The notes under the pieces: generated by a model
The model's input: only the letters and a program-made list of their open reading frames with translations
Database searches by the model: none
Told to the model about the DNA's origin: nothing
Assembly: GCA_965112735.1 (NCBI GenBank)
Contig: OZ218951.1
Location: 744,001 to 808,000 of the forward strand
Length of the DNA stretch: 64,000 bases
Direction: 5' to 3'
DNA from: Phaeosaccion multiseriatum
Taxonomy: Eukaryota > Protista > Ochrophyta, other classes
Part shown: positions 11,501 to 24,292 of the stretch, piece after piece
Layout: each line of letters opens with the position of its first letter
Position numbering within the stretch: the first letter of the stretch is position 1
Program-made: the position numbers and the translations under genes

Positions 11501-13904
11501 TGCCCCACCCTTTCTTGCCCCCTTCTCCCCAGTCACAGCAGCAACCACACCTGCCTCCTCATCCCCCTCGAACCCCCCTCCCCCCTCCCCCTCCCCCTCC
11601 TCCCCCTCCTCCTCCTCCTCCTCCTCCTCCTCCTCCCCTCCATCGCTGCTGTACTCACCCCGTCCTAACGCTCCACACAGCACAGACACCACAGCTGGAT
11701 TATCCACAACCAACGCGTCCAGCAGCAAAAGCGCCTCCTGCAGGCAATTGAGTCTCCTCTCCCCCTCACCCTCGCCTTGCCCCCCGCCCCCTATGGATCT
11801 ACGCACCCCCTCATCACGAAGGAAGCTGTCCTCTCCTTCCGTCTCGCCTCGGCCTCGCAACCCTCCTCCTCCTCTTCTCCTCCCTCGCCCGCGTCGAAGC
11901 CCCCCCCATCCACTGCCATCCCCCGTGCAGCGCTGCAAGATAGAGCACAGTCCGTCCAGGACTTTGCCCAGCTCCCCCTCTCCGCGCACTGCCCACAGAC
12001 ATTGTCTATACACGTTGTAATCCGGGCAGTCGTACAGCGCCTCAGCCTTGTCGGGGGTAATGTAGGGGCCTGCCTCGTCGTGGAAACCCGCCTGGGGCAG
12101 GAGAGCATCCATTGGTAGGCCCTCCGCGAGCAGTATTGTGAGGAGCTGTGTGTGAGCGTGTGTGTGGGAGGGGGAGAGGGAGTGGGAGGATAGAGGGGGA
12201 GGAGGAGACGGAGAGAGAGGAAGGAGGAGGGCGCGGGGGGGAAGAGGCAAGAGAAGGAGTGAGGGGGTACAGGGGAAAGAAGAGGCACCTCCGAGGGGGT
12301 TGAGCGGACTCTGACTGTGCCAGCGTAGGCAGGCAAAGGTAGGCAGGCAAGGGGTCTCCGAGAGGAGAGGAGAGGGAACACCGTGCATGGGACACCTAGC
12401 ATGGCGCCAGACTTTCCCAATAGGAAAGGACAGAGCACTTGATGTCTACCTGCCTCCACAATACACACACACATACACATACACATATACATATATACAT
12501 ATATACATATATACATACATGTATATATACCGTCACCTACACCCATGCACCCACCCACCTGGAGGCACGCCACCCCGAGCCTCTCTTGAAGGTCACGGCC
12601 CTCGCTGCCCCCACTGCTGCCCGCCGCCCTGCCCAGAAAGGGAAGCACCTTCGTCCAGACACTGTCAGGGGCGCCGAGGGAGAGCACCGTGTTGAGTAGG
12701 CTGAAGCAGAGCTCATTGGAGAAGGGCAGGAAGTGGGATACAGCCAGGGCCGTCCAGCGGTTGGTGGTACGCTGCTGTTGCTGCTGGCTGGGGTTGGGCT
12801 GAGGTCTCTTGTAGAGGGGAAGAGAGAGCGTTACAATGTACAAGTGTAGCACCTCCAGGCGTTGGTGATCTAAATGAGTCACCTCAATGGTGCCTGTGAT
12901 TCGTCCGGTACAGCACCGAAAGGAGGGGAGGGAAGGGGGGCGACGGGGGGCTGTCTTAAGACTTCAGTGACCCGGATGGAGAGTACAAAGTATAAGTTGT
13001 CAAAATTTTTCCTTGCCTGCCTGCCTGCCTGCCTCATTGACTTACTCTCTGGCTCTATGGCCACACCTCCTCTCCAGATGAAGGCGGGGTCATTGATGCC
13101 GTACGCGGCAGCGGGCACAGGGGTGTACGCGTCGTCGTGATCCACAACCTGACACCAGGCAGCGGTAGGGCAGCCGTAAGCATCAGGGTCAGGGTCAGGG
13201 TCAGGGTCAGGGCCAGGGCCAGGGTCAGGGTCAGGGTCAGGGTCAGGGTCATGGTCAGGGGCAGGGGCAGGGTCAGGGCCAGGGCCAGGGTCAGGGTCAG
13301 GGTCAGGGTCAGGGATCAAGGTCAGGGTCAGGGTCAGGGATCACGGTCAGGGTCAGGGTCAGGGATCAAGGTCAGGGTCAGGGACAGGGTCAGTTTCCCA
13401 CCTCACCTCGTCGTCCACGGCAAAGCCCGGGAAGAAGAGGAGGTTAGTGGTGGCGTGCAGAAGGATGCTCGCAAAGCACACGGGGAACACTCCCGACTCA
13501 GTGCCCGCCGCTGCTCCTTGCTGCTCGGCGGAGGAGGAGGAGAGGGACGCGGTAGGGTCGGCGGCGGAAGAGAAGGAGCCTCCCTCCCCGCCCTCCAGTT
13601 GGGAAGCAGTCACCTCCTTCTGAGGCAAGTACAGCAGGAGGTGCTCCAGACTGAGGAGAGTGTGTTGTGCGTTTCGCGGGAGGGGGGGAGGAGTGGTCGT
13701 AGCGATGGGAGAGGGAGGAAGGAGCGAGCCCGGGGGGTGGGAACAGAGAGGAGGGAGATGTGGGGACAGGCAGAGAGGAAGGGAGACATATATGCGGGGG
13801 GAGGATGAAAGGAGGTAGCCAGAGAGGAAGAGACAAAGACAGACACTTGAGAAAGGTAGCGTAGACTGAAGGCAGCAGTGATGATCACAGCGGCCCATAT
13901 TTCC

Positions 13905-13939
<35 letters not shown>

Positions 13940-14599
13940 CAATATCATCATCATCATCATCATCATCATCCAGCGACGCTTGACGCACCTCCTCTTCTGC
14001 CAGCACCAGTCCTCCAGCGCCGGGTCAGCCAACATGAGTGGCACCAGACGGGTCAGCACCCTGACGCTGTTGAGCAGCACGGCCAGGGAAGGCCCTTCGT
14101 ACTTGGCTTCCATGTAGCGGGACACGTGTGACAGAGCAAGCAGGGCCATGGCTTTGATGTTGCTGCAGCTACTGCTACTGGTGTCAGTGTCGCTGCTATG
14201 GCTGTCTGAGAGAGCTTTGATTGATCGGCACGCCTCGAAGGACAGAGTCTGAGGAGGGAGGGGAGGGAAGGAGCCATAGGTTAGCAGGCGAGAATCAAGA
14301 ACGCCGCGTACTACTGCTGACTCAGCCAGACATACGACTCCATAGTTGATGCCGTATCGTAGTTACTACACTTCTATGACAATGAAAGACGGCATGATGA
14401 AGCTATCATCCAGGGACTATGTTGGACTTGGCTAACTCGTATCACCTCGCACCTGCATCCACCCGTCCGCTTCGAGCTCGAGGTCAAAGAACTCATCCCA
14501 GAACTCCGCATCATCCAGCGGCACTACGCGGCTCCTTAGCTGCTCCAGCTTGTCCTTCACCTCAGCGTCGCCAGAAGCGCTCGACGAGGCGGCCCCCAT
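8546..14599 (-). CDS. HID1: HID1/Ecm30 family Golgi/dense-core-vesicle protein; exons 14599-14453, 14248-13989, 13650-13407, 13148-13046, 12893-12559, 12144-10484, 10173-10057, 9751-8546
   Basis: MGAASSS myristoylation-type start; DDAEFWDEFF; LNSVRVLTRLVP; LLFFPGFAV; FIWRGGV; QRLEVLHL; FSLLNTV; QEALLLL; SYADLLL; NSHLVLAVL; LWSVIFV..DVQLF. These blocks occur in the same order as in HID1. Confidence 0.85.
13182..13393 (+). repeat. (TCAGGG)n telomere-variant-like hexamer array in a HID1 intron
   Basis: About 30 TCAGGG/CCAGGG/GCAGGG units. Confidence 0.9.
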
Positions 14600-14997
14600 C
14601 CCCAACTGAAGGTGATGATGGGTTCACAGCTTCAGACGGGGAGGCCCTAGCCTAGCCCGCACACCTCCGGCAGAGCGTCAGCGCCACAGGTTGGCTATCG
14701 CTGCTAGCAGAGCCTACAGCAAGGGAGAAGTGTGAGAGAACGGAAGGGGGTGGGCGGTTGGCGTGAGAGAGAAAGAATGAGAAGATAACAACGCAGAGCC
14801 TCGATGGGGATGCTGACACACAAGGCGAACACGAGAAGAGACTGAGGCACGTAGGGTCCCTGGGCATTCACCTGTGTGTGCCCGGCTTGCTTCTCTTTTT
14901 CCATTGGGCCAGGCCGTCGTCCTCACGGGGGAACGGACGCATGGCACTGGACGGCGAACAATCGCTGGCCCAATCCCCACAATTTTACCCAACAGTG

Positions 14998-16550
14998 ATG
15001 GGGCTGCGCCGCGCCCGCGCCTTGGGTGTGCTGTCCCTCATACTCGCAGCGGTGAGCCGGGTCACTTGCTTGTGTGGCAAGCGCACTCAAGGCAGCAGCA
15101 GCAATAGAGGGAGGGTACGGTGGGGCGCAGCTTCACAAAGGGGAGGAGAGGGGGGCGGTGTGGCTTTTGCTTCTCCCCCGAAGCTTTACTCCGGCTCTTC
15201 TCCTCCTCCAAGTCTGCATGGATCTAGAGGGGAAGCTCTACAAGGCTCAGCCACAGCAGCAGCGGAAGAGAGACGGGAAAAAAGGCAAGGAGCCCGCTCT
15301 TCCACAACCCTCTCCGTCACGAGATTGCCCCCGCCAATAGAGGTTCCACCACACCGCTCAGCTACCACCACTCCACCACCACCACCACCACCACAACCAT
15401 TATCATCATCGTCGTCATCATCATCATCAGCAGCAGCAGGAGCGGCAGCGCGGCTGAAGAACGGGCCGATGCCTGAGCACGTAGCCTTCGTGCTGGACGG
15501 CAATGGCCGGTGGGCCAGTCAGCGAGGGCTGCCTCGCACAGAGGGCCACAGAGAAGGAGCCAAGAGAGCGCTGGAGATGATCGAAGTGTGCAAGAAGCTC
15601 AGCATACGCCACGTGACGCTCTTTCTCTTCAGCACGGAGAATTGGAAGCGGCCGCCCACGGAAGTAGCGGCTCTGATGGGGTTGCTGGAAGAGTATCTGC
15701 GGAGAGAGTGGGACAGTCTACGAAGGAGGGAAATCCGCCTCGCGTGTATTGGGGACACGGATCGCCTTCCCATGGGTCTCCAGCAACTCCTTTCGGACAT
15801 CCAGGCGGACGCGCCCACCGCTGGTGATGCTGCCCCGGGTGAAAGTGAAAGAACTTCTCCTCAAGGCGGCGATGCTGCCCCACCCTCACCCCCACCCACG
15901 CCCATGACTCTCTGCCTCGCCATCAGCTACGGCGGCCGTCAGGAGGTTGTATCTGCGATGCAACAGCTGGCGACACGCGTTTCGAGCGGCGAGCTGTCGC
16001 CTGAGGACATCACCGAGGCCAGCGTGAGTCGTGCATTGAGTACAGGGTCACTGGGCATCCCAGACCCCGAGCTTATCATACGCACGTCCGGCGTGAGTAG
16101 GATGAGCAACTTCTTGCTGTGGCAGGCAGCGTACTCGGAGCTGTACATCTCGCCCAAGCTGTGGCCCGACTTTCGAGAAGACGACCTCATGGAGTCACTT
16201 CGAGATTTCAGCAAGAGGGAAAGGTCGGTGGTAGAGCATTATGAAGAATGGAAGGTCGTTTGTTCATTGTCGTTGAAGTTTGTAGATGTAGTGATTTTTG
16301 AGAATAAACTGAGCACAGGAGGAGGAGTGCCAACAAATTGAGAGTAGGACGGAGGTCTTGTTCGCCTGTTCTGAACGCCTCCTTCCCTCCCCCCCTCCCT
16401 CCTGTGCCCAACTTACGGACACAACAAACACACACGTACCCCCACTCATTTCCTCATCATCGCCAACCCTTCCCCCGCTGCAGGCGCTTCGGTAGGACTT
16501 CTCAGCAGATGGAGGCAGCGGCGGCGGCAGCGGCGTCTCACGGGGAGTGA
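14998..16550 (+). CDS. cis-prenyltransferase (UPPS/dehydrodolichyl-PP synthase family); exons 14998-16223 and 16484-16550 (alternative in-frame ATG at 14941)
   Basis: PEHVAFVLDGNGRWA, GHREG, FSTENWKRP, AISYGGRQE, DPELIIRTSG..RMSNFLLWQ.AYSE, LWPDF. The spliced C-terminus restores the RRFG motif. Hydrophobic N-terminal signal present. Confidence 0.92.
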
Positions 16551-17605
16551 CGGCAGATGGATGGCAGCAGATGGATGGATGGATGGATGGATAGTGGCGT
16601 CTATCTGTGACTCACACACGCGTGTACTCAAAGCAGAAGCAGCACAGTGATGCGTCAGGAGCAGTGATGCAGCAGCAGTAGGTTGGGACAAGGAGGCTAC
16701 AGCATCGCTATCGCTTCTCGTGTCTTGGAGGGCTGTACAGCGAGAGGGGCTGAAGAGCAGAAGGAAGCAGAGGAGCCAGGAGAAGTGTTTCCGAGTCTAG
16801 CGGTGTTCGTGCTCTTGTAGGCCACGAACGACACTTGGCGTCGAGTGCCATCAGATCCGCCTCTTGCTGTATGGCTGTATGTCGTCCATTGAGTACCATC
16901 TGTATCAATGCTCGCGAAGGCCCTGTAGCCTTACGACTGGTTAGGACGACGCCACAAACAAGGCGCTAGACATACAGGGAAACGACAGGGTGTAGACAGG
17001 GCCGCAACGCCCATTGAGAGGCACAGCACACGGCATACAGCACGGCCTCTGTCAAGTCAAAGGGGTAAGGGTGTTTTATGTTGCCGCAGCCGTTTCTCTG
17101 GTAGTACTAGTTGTTGTACCGTTTCCCTGGCAGACAGACAGTGAGTCTAGGACCCTCATAGGCTTGGCACGAACGAGGCTGCAGAGGGCACGACAAGTTG
17201 GTGCGCCGCGGAATGTATCGATGGATGGATGGCACCCGACGGGTAGCCCGGCTCAAGGTGCAGGGTGTACATACAGCACAGCCCCCAAGTCTGCCCAGCT
17301 GGCGAAGAGAAGAGATCAACCCCAGCCCCACGCGTAGACGCAGGCGCCCTGATGGGATGTGCTACTTAAAAGAGTAAATGCCGCCTTTGGTGTATTTCGT
17401 TGCGCTGAGATCCAGCACCGCCACTGCCTCACCTTGCCTCACCTCATCCTCGCCCCATCCTATTGACCTCTGCCCTGACTTGGCCACAATCCGCCCCTCG
17501 TACGTGTAGGAAACAACCCTAGTAGCATCCATCTCAATTTCGCCCCACTAGTGGCGTTTAGTCTGACGCGGATGACCTCTGTGTTCACATGCTCGCGTGT
17601 TGGTG

Positions 17606-19281
17606 CTACGCATACAGAGCCCACCTCGGCTGCCTGCTCGCCCTCCACTCCTCCCTTTGCTCGCTTCTCTGCTGCAATGGGGCGGTCGATTCCGTCGAGC
17701 GCCACTGCTGGTGCTTCCCTGCAGCAGTGGAGGTGGTCGAGCTGGTGCTACGGCTGCTGCCACTTGTGTTACTGCTACTGCTACTGCTACTACTGCTGGT
17801 GCTACCTCTGCAAATGTCCTGAGGAGAGAGAGACGTGGGAGGGTACCAGAGAGGATCGAAGGGGTGAAACAGAGACGAGGGTGAGCGAGAGAGAGATGGA
17901 GAGAGAAGGATAGAGAGACAGGGAGCGAGAGAGAGAGCCCAAGTGGAGTGGCCAAGGCAAAGCAGCAGCGCATCTACACACAGACTGCAGACGACACACG
18001 ACCCCGCCTACCCCAAGCAAGAAACGGACGAGTCAGTGCAAGCGTAAGCACACGTAAGTAGTCTTGGAGTCATGGTGATTGTAACGTACCGGGTTCATGC
18101 TTACGAGCTTCGCACACGCTCTGTCCACGGGCATACCGAGCTTCAGCCACCCCGCTATGTCCCTCTTTGGCATCAAGAGGAGGGGAGGGAAGAGAAGAGA
18201 AGAGCAGAGTGGAATCAGAAAGAGAGAGGGGAGAGAGGGACGGGGGGGGGATGACTAGCCATCTCCATCCCCCAACGAGCCATAGCCATACACCCCAGCA
18301 TCCTCCGAACCAACAATTCTCTCCACCATGGCAGAGTAAGGCCCCCGTCAGTCCTGCCAGTGCCGCGCCTCTCCTTCAATTCCATCAAATCCCGTGTGTC
18401 CATCTGCTCCCTCCCCTGGCATTGATCTGCCTTGCGTGTGTGTAATCCGTCGTCAATCTGTCCCCTCCCCTCCTCTCTCCCCCCTCTCGTATACATGCCT
18501 TGAATGGCTCCACGATGTAGCAGAGCTGCTGTTGCGGGCCATCGATGAAGCCCATCGCGCAGTACTGCAGCAGCGCCTCCTCGTGTCTGGCATCGCTCCT
18601 TCCCATGGCTCGGCCCTGGTTGGTTGAGTGGGGTGTGAGCGGATGTGAGTGACTCATTGAGTGAAGGTGTGAGTGGGTGATAGCACCACGGCGCTTACCT
18701 CCGTATACACATCCTTCGTCCCTCCGAGCACCAGCTCGCACACTGCGGAGGCGTGGGGGAGAGAAGAGCAGCAGCAGCACAGCTTCAGCGATGTAAACAC
18801 AGGCAAGACACTACAATAAGGCAGGACGTACTTGTAGCTTTGATACACAGTGAGATATACAAATTGGCCGTACATAATATCAGGCAGAGGGAAAAAGAAG
18901 CGCAAGGGCCGGTAAGAGGAGGGGACTGGTTGGGTGGTCCAAGGTCAGGTGTGGTCGTTGCCTTTCCTCTCGCGCACCTTCACAAGATCTGTAGGATCTG
19001 GTCCGCTTCGCCTTGTCTTCCTGCTTCCTGCGCACCCTTCCCCCAGGAGCAGCAGCAGCAACATTAGCGTTGCCTTCAGCACCGGCAGAAGCAGCACCGG
19101 CATCCGCAGTCGCAGCAGCGGCGTCGCCGACTGCAGAAGCCCTTCCGGTGCCGCTCAGCACGAGCACAACGAGGCTGAGCACAGCAGGGGGCAGGAAGCG
19201 GAGAGGACGCCGAGAGACGGAAGCAGCACGCTCACGGCCGCGGATACGTCCCTGACGCGCAGAGGGCTTCACATTCCTCAT
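17606..19281 (-). CDS. MANF/ARMET-like protein (saposin-like N-terminal domain only); exons 19281-18978, 18742-18699, 18615-18499, 18164-18090, 17818-17606
   Basis: Spliced product has the six-Cys ARMET pattern: SCEVCELVL...LLQYC...LCYIVEPFKRDIAGWLKLGMPVDRACAKLVSMNPDIC. Requires one GC-AG intron. Not visible as a single ORF in the track. Confidence 0.78.
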
Positions 19282-19591
19282 CCTCCCTCTCTCTCAGATT
19301 TCTTCCCCTTCTTTCCCTTACTCGCAACTCCTAATGGCGGCGATTCACCGGAGCCACCTCCATCGGCAAAGGAGCAGCATGAACAGCAGCAGCAGAGAGA
19401 TAGAAGCCCAGCAGCTTACTGCTTAAGCTTAGCTTTAGGCAACTGTCGAGCGCGGGAATCCGGAGGAAATCGGGTAAAATTTCAACTCATCCGCCCCTCC
19501 CCTCTCCCGGAACCGTCTGATCGTCTGATCTGACTCTCTCCCCCTCTTTACACACACAGAGAGTAGGAGATAGCAGAGCATTGCAGCTACC

Positions 19592-20091
19592 ATGGCGGAT
19601 GAGTCAGCGCAGTCGGCCCCGGAACCGGTGGTCGCCAGTGAGGAGAAGACGAGCGAGGGCAAGAGTAAGGCGAGGAAGAAGTGGTTCCCCTTAGGTGAGG
19701 CAACGTAGAAGAAGAGAAAGAAGGAGAGAAGCCAGGCGGCGCAGAGTAGCTTCCTGTACTCATGGTGTTCTTCCACGGCTTCCTACTGCTACTACTGTGC
19801 TCGTCTCGCCGTCCATTGACGGAATCTCTTCCTTCCCGCTCTCTCCCCCCCCCCGCTCCTCCTGTCTGGCTATCCTCCACGCGTGCTTGTCAAAGAGAGC
19901 AACCCCGAAGTCATGACCAAGTACGTAGCCAAGATGGGCTTCCCCACGAACACGTACCGCTTTGTGGACGTGTTCAGCACGGAGGAGTGGGCGCTGGGCA
20001 TGGTGCCTCAGCCCGCCCTCGCCGTGCTCTTCCTCTTCCCCATCAAGGACGACTCCGAGGACCACAAAGCAGAAGAGGTGTGTTTGAGTGA

Positions 20092-20129
<38 letters not shown>

Positions 20130-22008
20130 GAGGGGGGGGGACGTGTGTGAGGAGAGGGAGAGGCAGAGACTCAAGAGAGAAAGGAGAGAAAGAGGGAGGA
20201 GAGGGAGAGACAGAGAAGGCACTGCGCTACAAATATCCCCTTTGGGACCCATCGTCTCGCTCTGTCTCACTCTCAGCCTAGCCATCGAGCAACCCTCCCC
20301 TTGCACTAACTCACTCACTAACTCACTCACTCACTCCCTCCCTCCCTCCCTCAATCCCACTCTCCTTCACCCACTCACTCTCACCCAAACGACCCCTCCA
20401 CCACGGCAGGCGAAGCGCATTGCAGAGAAGGGGCAAGTGGTGAGCGATCAGGTGTACTTCATGAAGCAGACCGTGGGGAACGCATGCGGTACAGTGGGAC
20501 TTCTGCACGCCATTGGCAACGCAGCCGTCTCCAAGGTAGGAGGTGTGGAGTAAGTCAGGGAGCGAGGCAGGGAGGGATGGAACGCGTATAAGCTGACTAG
20601 ACTCTCTCTGCTTGTGTGTCTGAATAGTATGTGGCAAAGAAGTGGTTACTGTATTGTCTTTGGAGGAGGGAGCATTTTGCCCCTGCTCCTGGAAGGGCTT
20701 GTGGGGATGGGCAGGGGACTCAGGCTTCCGTGGTGATCCTGACCCCTGTTGGGTCTGTCCTTCGATGGTTGGGTGCACGCTCCTCACCCCCCCCCCGCAA
20801 CTTACTTCACCGTGACGACCACCGTGACCGTCATTCAGGGGGTCATCTTGGAGGAGGGCAGCTTCATGCAAGGCTTCCTGAACAAGACAAAGGTGCGGGC
20901 ATATGGGCATGTGCCCGAGGGGGGAGGGAGGGAGGGGAAGGGCCTTTACCGCAGGAGAGGTAGTCAAGAGACACAGCAGGCAGAGCTTGTGCTCACTCTA
21001 AGTAACCCTCTCCTCCTCCGCCTCCTCCGCCTCCTCCTCCTCCTCCTCCTCCTCCTCCTCCTCCTCCTCCTCCTCCTCCTCCTCCTCCTCCTCCTCCTCC
21101 TCCTCCTCCTCCTCCTCCTCCTCCTCCTCCTCCTCCTCTTCTTCCTCCTCCTCCTCCTGCTCCACCCTTCCACTTCTCTCCTCCCTTTGTGCAATGGCGC
21201 CATCTTTTGTGTACCCCCCCTTCCTTTGCCCCGCCAACAAAAACAACACCAACAACAACATCAGGGCATGAGTCCAGCAGACATGGCGCAGGCCTTGGAG
21301 GATGACCAGGAGCTCGAGAAGACGCATACAGAGGCGGCGCACGAGGGGCAGAGCGAGCAGATCCCCATGGAGGAGCAGCTTAACTCGCACTTTGTGTGTC
21401 TGACTGAAGTGGATGGATGCATTTACGAGCTAGACGGGAGGAAGGTGAGAAGAGGGCAAGGGCGGGAAAAGAGGGACTCGTGGGGTGGGGCCCTCGTGGA
21501 GGGGGTTTGGGTTGGGCGGGGAAGGGGGGCTGCTGGACTGGGGGAGGAAGGAGAGCTGGGAAGGGCTTCCTCTGGCCATTTTCTGATTGCCGTATCACCA
21601 ACTGTTGCCGCCTCTGTCCGCCGCCTCCACCCCTCCCCCGCCCCGCAAAGGACACGCCCATCAACCACGGCCCAAGCAGCCCAGCGACGATGCTACAGGA
21701 CGGCTGTAGAGTCATCCAAGAGGTGCGTCTCCTCATACTCGTCATTGTTGATGACTCGAAACATGCCTAAGAATGTGTTGAGGTGGTGTGTATCTGTATT
21801 CCATCTCTCATGTCTCATCCCCGCACCGAAGCGCTCTGCTCTGCCAAAGTTGCGCATCGCGAGAGGGCCGAGAAGTGTCCCTTCAAAACCAAAACTGAAA
21901 CTCAAACTCCCCTCCCCCTCCCCCCTCCGCCCTCCGTAGTTCATGGCCCGCGACCCCGGAGAGATGCGCTTCACCATCGTGGCCCTCGTGCCCACCATCG
22001 ACGACTGA
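19592..22008 (+). CDS. UCHL3: Ubiquitin C-terminal hydrolase, peptidase C12 (UCH-L1/L3 type); exons 19592-19694, 19896-20077, 20410-20535, 20839-20892, 21265-21444, 21651-21722, 21940-22008
   Basis: [31 protein letters not shown] (catalytic Cys), HFVC (His), IYELDGRK (Asp), PINHG, RFTIVAL. Confidence 0.92.
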
Positions 22009-22879
22009 GGATGGCACTGGATGGCACTGGATGGCACTGGGTGGCAGAGCACGGCTGAGTCACGCCGCCTGCCGATCACTCGTGGCTGCTGTCGACCAAT
22101 GTCCCTTTTGACCACCATCTTCGGAAGAAGGCTGCGCAGTATGGACATATACAGTGTGCTATAGATACTTCTGAGCCACCCCAAGCTCAGAGCTGAGCAC
22201 GAAGCACGAAGCAGGAGGGCACGAGGAAGGCAGTCTATGGAGATGGGGTGTTTACAGGGCGGCGTTGAAGGGAGAGTTGCGCTGGCTCCATGCAAACGCG
22301 CGTGACGTGGGCCGTTGGGAATTCGGGGCTTGCTGCTGTACAGTTATGGGGAAGAGCCTCACCGCTTTGCAGTGCGTGGCTGCCATCGGAGAGTGGCATG
22401 TGTCTCTGGGACGAGCGATCGTGCCCAGAACAGATACAGCTCGAGGAGGAGTTGCCTGATATCGATATCGAGAAGGATGTCGCCTTCGAGGAGATCAAGC
22501 GGTGGGTGCACGCTAGTGGACACCCCTGCGTCTGCGTGAAGTGAGCGCCGCTCGCCTTGCTTGCCAGTTGACTGCTTCCACTTGCAAGGGTTAACTCCGA
22601 GTTCAAATACAAGTACTTCGTTAATCACTAAAGCTCCCTCCCCCTGGGCCATCAAACTGAAACGCCCCTCCATCTCGTGTGGTTTCTGCCCCTCCTCGTT
22701 TCTCCGCCCTCTCCTCCTCCCCACCCCGCCCCTTTCCCCTCCACCACCACCACCACCACCAACACCACTACTCTCTCCCTAGTCTCTTCTTCTCCCTCGC
22801 TAGTCTCTGCTTCTCCCTCGCTCGTCTCTCTCTCTCTCTCTCTCTCTCTCCCCCTTTGTCTCCCATGGTCCATTCCCGC

Positions 22880-23690
22880 CAGCGACGGTGCCAGCGTAAC
22901 TCTCAACGATGATCGAAGGAACGAAGCGTCGCACACACGCACCTGCATGTCTCGAGCATGTCGACTTCCTTGAGAGCGGCAGCAGTCTCAGTCCAGCGAC
23001 TGGAGAGTATTGGGGGGCAAAGCCGAGGGGGGCTTCCTCCTTCAGAGGTGGAGGGGGGAGGCAGGGGGTGGGGAGAGCATGAGTGGCACCTCATGCGGCA
23101 GTTACAGAAAGGTAAGGGGGCCATTCGGCAGTCGCTCCAACGCAACGTGGACACTCCGACGGCGGTGCAGCACATGTCCGAGCTTTGCAACGCTCTGGAC
23201 AGGTACTTGCGAGAGGCGGATGGCAGTGGGTGGGGGCAGCTTGATGGAGAGGATGGGAATGGAACGACAGGGGGGGGAGGAGGGGGGCAAGGCGGCATCA
23301 TACCCAGACCCTGTACGGGCGGTGACGGGCTACGTGGAGTGGTTGCTGCCGGCTCCTCGGGCTCGATCGCACAGCATCTGATTCGTGTCCTGACACCTCG
23401 GATCACGGAGGTGGAGTCGGGGTGTCACAGGAGCAGGCGCAATGGTGGGGCCCAGCCACGGTGGAAGGCGCCGTGCAGGAGTTGTTGGACTTTAGAGCTC
23501 AGGTGCGAGAGCGGCTGCTGCTGGCAGTCAAGGAGAGGAGAGCACGTGGAAAGGACAAGGAGGATGGGGAGACGAAAGGAGGAGCGAGGAGAAGGAGGAA
23601 GAAAAGTGCAGGAGATGTTGTCTCTGTGTGACGAGTTACGCGACATGCGACTACCTCTGCTCTCGGGGTGGAGGTGTAAACCAAGTGGGC
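22880..23690 (+). pseudogene. Frameshifted fragment of cysteinyl-tRNA synthetase (C-terminal DALR/anticodon-binding region)
   Basis: IRQSLQRNVDTPTAVQHMSELCNALDRY, VQELLDFRAQVRE and MLSLCDELRDMRLPLL lie in different frames, with several indels. No catalytic HIGH/KMSKS region upstream. Confidence 0.65.
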
Positions 23691-24292
23691 ACTCGTGCCT
23701 GCGAGGAGCGAGGAGGGCCACCGCAGCAGTACCTGCAGCAGTTGGTGATACAACAGCAGCAGCAGCAGCATCAGCAGGAAACAAACCGGGGACGGAGTAG
23801 AAGGAGGAGGCGCTTCATCGGGGAAGACGCGCAGGGGTGGGTCAGGGGAGATGGAAGCGAAGGACACAGTGTCGCCCTCGCTCGTATTCCGAAACAACAA
23901 ACGCAGAAAGGTCTGAGATTCTCAGACGTTTCATTTTGCTCCTCCTCGCTCAATATCTCTCCTCCGTGCTTTCTGAAACGATCTTGAAACGTCTGGCTCA
24001 AACTGACAGCCGAACAAGAACGGGAGCCAAAGCAAAAACAAAAAGCATTAATCAACAACAAGAGGGGGACTGAAGGAAAGGAGGAGAAGGCTCGCTTGCC
24101 AAGTGCTCAACGCAGCCGGGCTGGTGCTGCCGACAGGGCGGTACGGGGAGGTAGAAGCAACCAAGGCAAGGATGGGAGATAGAGGAGAGCTTCTTGCAGT
24201 ACGTAATTGAGCGAAGAAGGCGTATTTCCGCAAAGTTCCACCGAGCACACGACCAGCAGAGACCAGGCCAGGCCAGTCTTGCAGCGCTCACC

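Noticed and set aside
12879-13808. (DP)n and (RV)n repeat proteins
   Set aside because: They are translations of the intronic TCAGGG array; HID1 splice sites flank it.
16709-16730. ATCGCTTCTCG resembling the U2 snRNA 5' end
   Set aside because: The match stops after ~11 nt, with no GTAGTA branch-pairing region or Sm site.
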